DNA of 64,000 nt from Tubiluchus corallicola (taxonomy: Eukaryota > Animalia > Priapulida), in assembly GCA_030141605.1 (NCBI GenBank), contig JAQGDQ010000115.1, positions 186,001-250,000 of the forward strand. Direction: 5' to 3'. Under the pieces are notes generated by a model, which did not search any database, had not been told where the DNA came from, and saw nothing but the letters and a program-made list of their open reading frames with translations. The position numbers were made by a program, and so were the translations under genes. This document shows positions 26,529 through 64,000 of the stretch, piece by piece. Position 1 is the first letter of the stretch. Each line of letters begins with the position of its first letter.

Positions 26529-27298
26529 TGTACAGTACAGCTTGCAAACAATCAAAACATGCCAGTAACATGCATTATTATACACGACACGTGACGTCTG
26601 GTCAGTGTCAGTGATTCAGCGGAGTGTATAGCAGCTTCGTACAGCTGGCATGATGTCAAGCCCACTACCATGGCTGGCAGTATTTCTCCATTGAACACAT
26701 ATATCAATTTGCCTGGTGGATGGTGGGTAATGGGTTATTTCTATATACATTTGAATACAACTGTTTCGTTCCTGGCCATTTTGCAGGCAGTAAACTAGTT
26801 TGGCGGTATAACGAGGTATGGCTGTACCTGTCCATAACCGGGAAGATAAGCTCAGATAGATTAACAAAAACTGTAAAAAGGATAGCCTTCATAATGACTC
26901 ATATGTACAGTATGAGTACAGCTGTACAGTACAGCTTGCAAACAATCAAAACATGCCAGTAACATGCATTATTATACACGACACGTGACGTCTGGTCAGT
27001 GTCAATGATTCAGTGGAGCGTATAGCAGCTTCGTACAGCTGGCATGATGTCAAGCCCACTACCATGGCTGGCAGTATTTCTCCATTGAACACATATATTA
27101 ATTTGCCTGGTGGATGGTGGGTAATGGGTTATTTCTATATACATTTGAATACAACTGTTTCGTTCCTGGCCATTTTGCAGGCAGTAAACTAGTTTGGCGG
27201 TATAACAAGGTATGGCTGTACCTGTCCATAACCGGGAAGATAAGCTCAGATAGATTAACAAAAACTGTAAGAAGGATGGCCTTCATAATGACTCATAT
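26529..27298. repeat. Direct tandem duplication of 376 bp (period 394) upstream of FAM136A
   Basis: Copies at 26529-26904 and 26923-27298 differ by about 7 substitutions counted by eye; 18-bp junction spacer. Confidence 0.97.
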
Positions 27299-27454
27299 TC
27301 AAAGTAATTAATAGTATGCAGGTAAAACTGCAGCAAATTTGCAGTAATTCAGAAATGTGCTAACAGAATGTAAAATTTCATCAGTGATTAATAAACAGTG
27401 ATAACCATAACTTAGCATGCTTTTGAATTTTGTTTAGAAGTAACCAAACTGGTC

Positions 27455-27466
27455 TGACGTGATCAC
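27455..27466 (+). promoter_or_regulatory. CRE/ATF-like motif (tgacgtga) immediately upstream of the FAM136A ATG
   Basis: ggtctgacgtgatcacaaaATG; CpG retained in an AT-rich background. Motif match only. Confidence 0.3.
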
Positions 27467-27469
27467 AAA

Positions 27470-28648
27470 ATGGCTGAAGCGGCCCAAGCGCGTGTTCAAG
27501 AAAACATATCAAAAATGTTTGAAGAGCTGGACAAATCCCACCTTCGAAAAATGCAAGTGAGTCGATATGCACATATATAAAATATATATATACAAATATG
27601 GAAATGTGTGCACTTTTCTAGATGTCAGAGAGGCAATAACTTGCAAAACTGCTTTCCAGCTGGCATCCATGCAGGCTATGACAGCTTTACCATGCCTAAT
27701 AACAAGGGTCCAACCAAGTTCAAGTACTGGTAACAAATGTATGTCAAAGTCACGCAATTTTGCTTCAGTGGCAGAGCATGCCTTTTTCTCGTTTCCTTAC
27801 TTTCTTGCCCCCCTTTTTTCATTTGTTTCATTCTCCCCTTATCTCTTTCATTCTTTTTCTCTCCTTCTGCACCTCTTCTCTCTCTCTTGCTCTCACTTTC
27901 TTTCCCACCCTCTCTTTCAGAATTACCATACTATATTATACCATATAATTTATTTTATACTGATAATGTGAGGAGAACTTTCACTGAGATTTCAGCAGAA
28001 CGACACTATTCATGTTAAGCTACCTGCTTTATCATCTGCTTCATTGAATTTTACAGGGTGACATGTACCGATGCAGTGCAAGATGTACAGAGCAAATGGA
28101 AATTGGCATGGATCAGGTTCAACGATGCGTGGAAAAATGTTCGAAGCCAATTACCGACGCTCAAAAATTTATAGAGGATGAATTAAAGAATTATCAAGTT
28201 GGTATAATTTTTTTGTAAATAATGGCATCATTAGGTAATATGTAGCTTTGACTCTTCCGTATACAATCTGCCATTGTTACACTCACTAGTTTAAAATACT
28301 ATGCATATGTAATTTCTAAATGGCTCAATTTCTAGAACATTTTACACTATGTGAAAAGTGTAGTGGCTTTCCGACATTAGCCCATTAGCTCACAATAAAC
28401 TAGAAGTGAATTCAATTAAGCTTATTAATACTTTCCAGGATAGGTTACATCGGTGTGCTTTGCAATGCCAGGATAATGCCCGAGACAAGGTCTCCCCTAA
28501 CACTACCGAGGTGGAGGTGGCCGGACTAAAGAAAGAAGTGGAAGCGTGTGTAGTCAAATGTGCAGAGGAGCACATAAAACTGGTGCCTAATCTGATGAGA
28601 CGAATTAAGGAAACTATATCACAGACTCAGTCAAGTAGTAAAGTATGA
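27470..28648 (+). CDS. FAM136A: FAM136A (DUF842) Cx3C mitochondrial intermembrane-space protein; exons 27470-27556, 28057-28197, 28439-28648
   Basis: Spliced product MAEAAQARVQENISKMFEELDKSHLRKMQ-GDMYRCSARCTEQMEIGMDQVQRCVEKCSKPITDAQKFIEDELKNYQ-DRLHRCALQCQDNARDK...ACVVKCAEEHIKLVPNLMRRIKETI aligns by eye along the full length of FAM136A, with four Cx3C motifs. Confidence 0.95.
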
Positions 28649-29723
28649 TAAGAATGGAAATTAAGTTAGACTAAGTAGGAATGCTAGTAGGGAATTCATT
28701 TTTATTTTAATAAGGTTACTGTTTTGTAGTGTCCAATGAAAGAACATTTGTAAGAAGTTTTGAAATCCTCAAGACTGTTTGTTACCCATCTGCTTCCCAC
28801 TGCCACTGGTAATTATTGTTGTTTTAAGTCAACAATAACTTAGTTTTTAAGCTATGATTAAATTTTGGTGAAGTTTTTTTTCTTCCAAACATTTGCCAAA
28901 ATCATGCATAAATTAGGTCTAAACAAAGTTTCATTTCCTTTGTTTTGTCCATCTTTTAAACATGATCATGTTTGCTAAATTTGACAACCAGACAAAAATT
29001 TCAGAAAATGTTCTTTTCTGTAGTAAAATCTCTTTTTTTGTTAATTTTCTTTCGGTCTTATATAGTTACTTAATTATTTCATTTATTAAGCAATTTATTA
29101 TTTAATAAAAATCATGTAAACAACAATTACCATATACAATATCAATTTATATCAACTTAATTTCTTATCCAATGTATTCAGTATAAGCAGCATATCACAT
29201 GTAGCAGTTAAATGATAGATATAGACCTAGTGCTGATAATTATGTTAATATAGTAATTACACCAAATACAATTAATAACATTTTATACAATGTAAATTTA
29301 AAATATTAAATCAAAAAGCACCATAAATGTCCTTCACAGCAACTTTTATCAGCTCTTAGAATTTGGTGTTGTAACACTCATTTTTTATATTATTATTTAT
29401 TATTCGCTCTGAGACGAGCATACAACACGATACTTTAGCTGTCAGATTCAATAAGACTACTAAAAGTTTCTGTGGTGGTAAGTTAAAGCGATGACACATT
29501 CAATCAGTTTCAAAAGCTTTACTCAGTTGATGTTAGAAGCTTGCATATAAAAAGAAAGTATAAAGATCTACTCAACTCTTATACCGGGTAATCTTTTTAA
29601 AAGCAATTTGTACGGCTCATTAGACTAGTCAAGCTAATTGTTTTAAACTCCATAATATTTCATGCTGGCCCAGTTTAACATTTTTAACTACAAATGGCAC
29701 TAAAGTTGGTGCAACGGACTAAG

Positions 29724-57115
<27,392 letters not shown>

Positions 57116-57719
57116 TCTGAAGAATAAGTTGTCGCACAAACTCCAAGAAAAACTCTGGCAAAAGAAATCTGCAAACCTTTGGGTGGTCCTCCTTCACTCC
57201 CTAATTTAAAAGATAATACCTCTTACTTCAAGCACTCCATTCCTAATTTAGGTTTTTGCACTTGTAGACCATGGACTGATGAAACAAATAAATTCTATAT
57301 TGATTATTTTACATCGATCACAGTACCATGAAGGTGGCCAAACTAATCTGATTCAAGTTCAGTAAATAAAGTCTAATTTGTGTTGATGGCAGCAAAATTT
57401 CTCCACTTAGGATTCACATATTGAAACACTGGTTTCCTGTCTCTGTTCTTAAACTTTATTGCGCTTGCACTACTTTATTGCACCACTCTCATGGTTGTAG
57501 GCCATCTCACTAGTTTCATAAACCAGTAGTTGAAATGCAGTTCTTGGCTCTGCAGTCACGGTGTCATACTTCGGCAACCGAAGTTCAGAATGATGCCGAG
57601 GCAGGTTAGTTAATGGATGGTTCAAATGCTTTGATTTTTGTTGCTCTGCTTGACTTATTGGTCACACTAATTCTAGCTCGGTAACTATTTACCTCATAGT
57701 CAAAGAGAGAGGTTGTACA

Positions 57720-58480
57720 TTGTACATGTATCTAACCATCGATGTCTTTGTTATATATCATCCTCCTGCATCATCTGCTGAAGCAAATTCATCATTTAAT
57801 AAGCATATGATACAGGTGGAACGTCAGAAGCAATGCATTAAATTATGGAAGACTTCAGCTATCCGGGTATTGATTGGCACACACTCTTGACTACAAATAG
57901 TGCAGAAAAAGCCTTCTTGGCTATCATACATACAGAATGCCTTTCTAATTCAACATGTAGACATTACTAAGAAATTATACAATTTTACACGCAGTTTTTT
58001 ATCCTGAAGAAAGAATGGTAGACAAACTTTGAAGCCATTTTTGAGCGGTGACTATAATATTCTTAAATGGACTCTTTGGATGAAGATGGCGACAGAACCG
58101 TTAGTGCCACATCAAACTTTAACAGCAGAATTATTCTGCAATGAGGAAGACATTAGAACTCTATACAAAGAACGAATGGGTACTAAACATCACAAAAAAT
58201 GCAGAAGTATTTGTGAGTTGGAACTTTTTTCACTATACTTCAATTCATTTCGACAGAAATCTACCCGTCATCTTACAAATTACAATTACAGTGAAATGTG
58301 CTGGTGAGAACCCTGGGATCTGAAGTCTTTTCACATCTAGTGTAGGCCAAAAACTAAAGTTAAAATAATGTAGTCGACTTGAAAATTGATAATCGTATTA
58401 TTCATGATAAGGAGCCGGAAACTTTACATCAGTCTTTTAGCAAAGTATTTATCTGGAAAACAAATGTTCCTAACCCTAGT
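57720..58480 (+). mobile_element. Highly decayed CR1/L2-type LINE endonuclease and linker fragment
   Basis: Frameshifted remnants include DFSYPGID (GDFNxPxIDW-like), SGDYNILKW (SDH-like) and KIDNRIIHD...SFSKVF. Confidence 0.5.
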
Positions 58481-59549
58481 CTCTCTCAGATGTCACATAA
58501 GTTATGGAACTGTGGATGTATGAGAGGAACATGTTTTGAAAAGCCTGAGATTTTTAAATTGCTAAAAAGTCACCAGGGCTAGAGGGCATCCACCTCAAAC
58601 TTTTTTGTAAGTTGGCTGACTCAGTGGCATGCCTTATCTCATAAATATTTTCACTATCTCTGCAATTCGGATAAGTACCACAATGACTAGAACAGAGCTA
58701 GTAGTTAATCTAATAGTTAAGAAAGGAAGAAAAGGCTGTTAATAACAACCGGCCTATATTTCTGACATAACAAGTAATGCAGAGGAGCAAAATTTAATGT
58801 AGTACTTATTGTCCTGTACAGTAAATAGCGCTGCCACCACATATAGAACAAGTTATTAGTTTACTGATATTACGGAGTGCACTGTATGGTACCACAACGT
58901 TACTGCACATTCAGACCACTCATATCATTCTGGAAAAGTTATCGAATAGATGGTACTACTAAGCAGTCTGGAATAAGCAACAAACTGATTTGCTTATGAT
59001 GATGATATACAGAAGAACCTCCAAATTATTAAGATAAATGACTTATCACAAACTTCTGTATCAGTGATCAGGGCAAAGCTATAATATCCTTTTAGCCATT
59101 GCTGCTAACTTTAATGTTTAACTTTTAATGTTTTAACTTTAAGTTTTAATGTGTTTAGTACTATGTTGTTTGTGTTGCCAATAGAATACAGAATTATATT
59201 CAAAATAAATTTGATAAATTTCTAGAGTTGTGTACTGTTTTATGGCATTGCTTTTCATAAACTTCATAAAAAACATTTTATTAAAAAAATAAAATTTATT
59301 TTATTAAATTTTCAGTGTTTTTGTTATTTCTTCTTTTTGTCATATTCAATGCACTTTTAACGTAACTTTGGTACCACTGTCTTACATATTCTTGTGAATT
59401 AATTTTTTATTAAATTTGATGATCTTTTACTTGAAAGATGCATTTGGATATCATGTAAAATACATTAAAAACATTCAATAAATTAAATTAATAAAGCATC
59501 TTTTCGTTTGGGAATGCGTTAATTCAATTCAGCATATTTATTCGTCCTT

Positions 59550-61155
59550 TGGTACTCTATTAGAATCCAGGTCCCGCTCGATTTTCGCCAAACGATTGCC
59601 TATTTCAATAGCGCACTATGACAATAGAATGATTGATCAATGCCTGAGTTTATCAATGGTAGAATAAGTTAATGAAATAACAGAATATAAGTCCAATAAG
59701 TTTAGAATTTGTTTTTATAAAAAAAGGAAAATTGATATTTGACCCAAGTTTTTGATGCATAGGATCATATAAAATATATTTTAACCTGAATAAATAATTA
59801 AACTGTTACAAGCAGTGTAAAATATTTTTTCGAGAAGTGTATTTATCTGATTTTTGTTGAAATAAACTAAGTAATTTTTCATAACATTATCATTAATAAC
59901 TAAGCGCGCCAGAGTCACATTTTAATTTCCGCAGCGGTCATGTTAATAACGTTTTTGAATGTATTTTTAAACTCTTCATACCTGATTTTCAATGTTATGC
60001 TCCCAGACAAATTTTTTTGAACCTCACGCATTGTGTGGCACAGCAGGTTGTTTACATTAAATTTTAGTTGAGTGGTGAACTGAACGTGCACATAACAAGT
60101 AAATTTAGTTAAAATAATTAAATATATCAAGTCATTTTAGGTCATTTAAGCCAACAATTTATTTATTCAGTCACATTTCGACTGAACAAAGCCATGTGTT
60201 GGGAGCCGAGTGGACCACTGCGCCAAGTAGACCACTTGATGCGCTAAAAGTAGTGTCCTACATGGGCAGCCCAAGTAGGACACTAGCGATTTTTGTCGAG
60301 AATCGGTAATTTTGTCAAATTTTTGAAAATTCTGTGAAAGTTTCTTCATTTTATTATTTACAGAAATAATTGCAAATTTAAAAATAAGACAGATGCTGCT
60401 AAGCCTTCACAACACCAAAAAGTAATTTTTAACATTTAAGAAAAGCAAGGATAATTAGTTTTAATATTATCAGTAGTATTGTAACATGTAGGGCACTGTC
60501 CTACATGGCTCGCTAGCCCATGTAAAGCACATAGATTGCTAGAACATTTACTTATAAGAAAACAATTATTTGCCCAAGAGGTAGTGAAACGGATCACCTG
60601 TTTGTGAAGTGAGACAAAATCAAAAATGATATACCTTAAACAAATTTTGTATTCGCAAAAAAGTGGTTTTTTTTCACTTCAACAACATTAATATCGAAAC
60701 CAAATTTAATATTGTCCGTTCTACCAGCTCAGAATAAAATTCTTTTATTTTATTAGATGTATAATAAATTATTCAACGTGTACTAACGTTTTTAATTATT
60801 ATTATTACATAAACAAGCACAACGGACGGTGTCAGTACACTTAACGACTCAATTTCTCGACCTGTCTCTAGTGTCCTACTTGGGCAGCCCATGTAGACCG
60901 CGGTCTACTTGGGCTAGCCCAAGTAGACCAATTGGTCTACTTGGCGCAGTGGTCCACTCGGCTCCCAACACCATGTTCAGTATTATTTCTATTATTAAAT
61001 AAATAACAACGTGTATTTTCACAGAATTCTATACACAAAGTATTGATGAGCAATTGTGAGAGTAGCGTAGATCGTCATAATGCGCCAAGCGAGCATATCG
61101 AGTAGATGATCGCTCGGCGAAAATCGACTGGGACCTGGATTCCAACAGAGTGCCC
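59550..61155. mobile_element. Outer inverted-repeat element (PIF/Harbinger-like MITE) hosting a nested insertion
   Basis: Arms ggtactctattagaatccaggtcccgctcgattttcgcc and ggcgaaaatcgactgggacctggattccaacagagtgccc. The superfamily is inferred only from the GG..CC ends. Confidence 0.7.
60197..60970. mobile_element. Young non-autonomous element with TGT..ACA ends, perfect 38-bp TIRs and a 5-bp TSD (Ginger-like)
   Basis: TIR tgttgggagccgagtggaccactgcgccaagtagacca (60197-60234) has its exact complement at 60933-60970; TSD ccatg at 60192-60196 and 60971-60975. Confidence 0.88.
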
Positions 61156-62488
61156 GTCCTTTTATCTTACTAGATTTATCAGTGAATGAGTGCTCTATAG
61201 ATCAAACAAAACTCTCTATACCACACACAAACATTAATGAGGAATGCTGGTTGAACATAATATTATTTTGTCTAGTGTAAATATCTGTAAGTTTTAATAT
61301 TGTTAGTCTTAGTTAATTATTAATTTAACTTTTTAGTTTGTTTTCATGTGTTAATTTATTGAAAGTACTCTGTGTAAATAGTTATAATAAATCATAGCCC
61401 ATTTTCCAATATTATGTTTTTTTCACATATCTGAGCGAATAAACTGAATTTAATTGAATTGAAATCTCTGATGTATTCAAATGTTTAAGAGTTAAGAAAT
61501 TTTAAACATGCCTGTGTAATAATATATTGCATAAAGTATAGTTTATTCTTTGTTTTTTATTTTATTTTTAATAAGCTCTGTGCTTCACGTATTTATAAGT
61601 CTGGATCGTAGTCCACAACAGTTCAAAAAACTAAAATCGGCAACAACTTCTCCGATCTCCACAGAAGAAGAAATCAGCATTATCAGAAATTGGCAGAAAA
61701 CTATGATCATAAGTTATATAATTCTAGTTTTATAACTCGTTCATTATTATTTTATTCTTGATGAAACAGCTGAAACAAATACTACTCAAGTCATTTTTTC
61801 CTTTTCTTTCATTGCGAAAAATACAACATTTAACTGTGATTTTGTATCAGTGTACTTCCATTTAATTAGTTAGCTAACTTATCTATATTAATTACAAATT
61901 ATACCACAAAGGTTAATTATCATTATTACTAACAATGAAAATAACCTTTTACACAAAGCTTTATATGTATGCACTATTTGACATGTATGTACTGTATTGT
62001 ATAATTATATAGGTACATTATATTTATAATTATGTACTTGAGCAATAAATTGAATTGAATAAAAAATTGAAGAGTACAAATTAATAAATGAAAATAGAGA
62101 CGGGGTAACGAAAGACCTAAGCGGCCACCCTAAATGCATCTTACCTAGATATTTTGATATGGCAATCGCAATCAAAGCCAAAATAAAAATAAGCTTTTCA
62201 TATTTTAAACAATAGTTATAACAGATTTGTTTTAGTGACTTAAAAATTACGACGACGACGGACCACGTGTGTTTGTTGTGCATTTTCAATCCCACAAGGC
62301 AAAGTTAATATAACCAGAAAAATGTAAAATACTGTACAGAAGCAGACTAATAAAAGCAGTATCTTTATTTAATTTACCTAAGTTAAAAAAGACAATTTTT
62401 GTCTTTTATGTCAGCGTTGTTTTTGGTTTTTCTAAAATTAAATTTCTGCTTTTTTACCCTCAATATAAAGAGCGCATTAGTAGTCAAA

Positions 62489-62648
62489 ATGTCAGCCCCC
62501 TTTGACCTTGTTGTTAAATATGCTGGAAAACAGTACACTATTGCGAATCTAAAAGAGGGTGATACTATTGGTTCTCTTAAATCTTGTATTCAAGAGTGCA
62601 CTGGCGTTTTGCCGGAGAGACAGAAATTACTGGGACTAAAACACAATG
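62489..62648 (+). CDS. UBLCP1: Ubiquitin-like domain-containing CTD phosphatase 1, first coding exon; the rest of the gene lies beyond the window
   Basis: MSAPFDLVVKYAGKQYTIANLKEGDTIGSLKSCIQECTGVLPERQKLLGLKHNG|gtcagt; TGVLPERQKLLGLK is characteristic of the UBLCP1 Ubl domain. Confidence 0.88.
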
Positions 62649-62699
62649 GTCAGTTACCGTTTGAGTTTTACTGATGTTTCACTTTGGTTAACTAGACTA

Positions 62700-63365
62700 A
62701 GAGATTGTATTATTGAATTATGGAAGATTAGTTTACCAGAAAAATATGTCAGTTATGTATATAAAATGAATAAGCAAACGTGTATAAGGGTAATAAGGTG
62801 TCACCAGCAAATTTCAAATTGGAGAAACTGTTAAGCAAGGTACGGTTTAGGGACCGGTGATGTGCAGTTTAAGTACAGACAAGTGTACCATATACTAGAG
62901 AGTAGCGGAAAGGAAACTCGTGATGTTTGATGATAACGTTCATATAGATTTGAGAGTCTATGTGGATGATATTCCAGGATTTGGAAGCGAGGGAGTGGTC
63001 AAACAGATTGTTAATAATTGTAGATCCATGGAAAAGATAAAAAAGATAACATTTAATACAGATAAATCACAATGTATATAGACTGCATTTAAAAAGAAAA
63101 CTAGGACTGAGGTTGTAAAATTTTTAGTAATAAATGATGCTGTGGAAAGGGTGAGTCATTATGAAAATCTGGGTGATCATATAACTGAAAATGGAGGACA
63201 TGGAATGAGTATTGAAAAAAGGAGTGGAATTAAGCTTATTAATATTATTGTATCTGTCATATTACTCTGTATCCTGTTTAAAACAGAAACATGGGCTGAG
63301 TTAAACAAAACACAGTGGAAGCAAATTGAAAATTGGCAGAAAGATATACTATGTCTGCAAAGTCT
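62700..63365 (+). mobile_element. Decayed non-LTR retrotransposon reverse transcriptase fragment in a UBLCP1 intron
   Basis: YVDDI at about 62959, followed by KITFNTDKSQ, YENLGDHI and ETW; frameshifted. Confidence 0.7.
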
Positions 63366-63499
63366 CAAGGACTAACACTATGGCTGCTGAGATGGTAAAT
63401 GGTACTAACTATGTGTGTTCCCTGGTACAAGCATCCCTTTACTTATGGATGATCTTAAGCCCTATCGGCCAATGTGGGCGACTTAGATCAACTTATTTT

Positions 63500-63960
63500 A
63501 CAAAATGATTTCAATGAAACTGAAAAATGGTGCAATGAATAGCTGATGCAACTTAAGAGAAGCAAATGTTGCATATTACATGATAAATTTCAAATGCCAT
63601 ATTATATCAGTGATGGAGTTATAGAAGAGAAATCTGTTATACGTGATTTAGGCATCTACATATCCAATGACCTAAAGTGGAACACCCATGTTAATCATAT
63701 AATTGCTCAGGCTAATAGCCGAGTTGGTATGAACAAACTTTGTATCATTTCAAGACCTGCTAATGTAGTTCCTCTATAAAAAGTGGTTGCTCGTCCTATT
63801 TTAGAATTTGTATCAGTAGTGTGGTCACCACAGTATTTAACTCTGAAAGATGCATTGGAGAAAACCCAAGACAAATGTATGAGGTTAGTCCACGATGCAG
63901 ATCCTGCAGTGATGTCCACTTTCAAACAATGTCGACATACTGTTTATATTGTCAGTTTTG
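63500..63960 (+). mobile_element. CR1/L2-clade LINE reverse transcriptase thumb fragment
   Basis: IRDLGIYISNDLKWNTHVNHIIAQANSRVG, then after a frameshift VARPILEFVSVVWSPQY...LEKTQ. Confidence 0.82.
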
Positions 63961-64000
63961 CAAGAGCAAGACTTCTTTTCAATACCACACAGAGAACTAC

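Noticed and set aside
26616-27311. Duplicated small ORFs on both strands
   Set aside because: They merely mirror the tandem duplication; no recognisable domain or splice context.

Overview
AT-rich, intron-rich eukaryotic DNA from what looks like an invertebrate animal; the species cannot be determined from the sequence. Five spliced genes can be reconstructed by hand with phase-consistent GT-AG junctions. (1) The 3' part of a DUF985/Cupin_5 gene (+, 1-3001), missed by the ORF track. (2) A copper-only SOD-repeat protein (CSRP-like) with six SOD-fold domains and a GPI-type tail (-, 7092-20725, start unresolved). (3) FAM136A (+). (4) A complete EXOC4/Sec8 gene of about 28 exons (-). (5) The first coding exon of UBLCP1 (+). 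Introns and intergenic DNA hold many non-autonomous DNA transposons (hAT, Tc1/pogo, Kolobok-like, Harbinger-like, Ginger-like), decayed LINEs, two minisatellites and a recent 376-bp tandem duplication. The most unusual structure is a 10-copy minisatellite made from the real 3' splice junction of an EXOC4 exon, giving an array of AG|GT decoy or possible ratchet sites. Most short ORFs in the supplied track are spurious.
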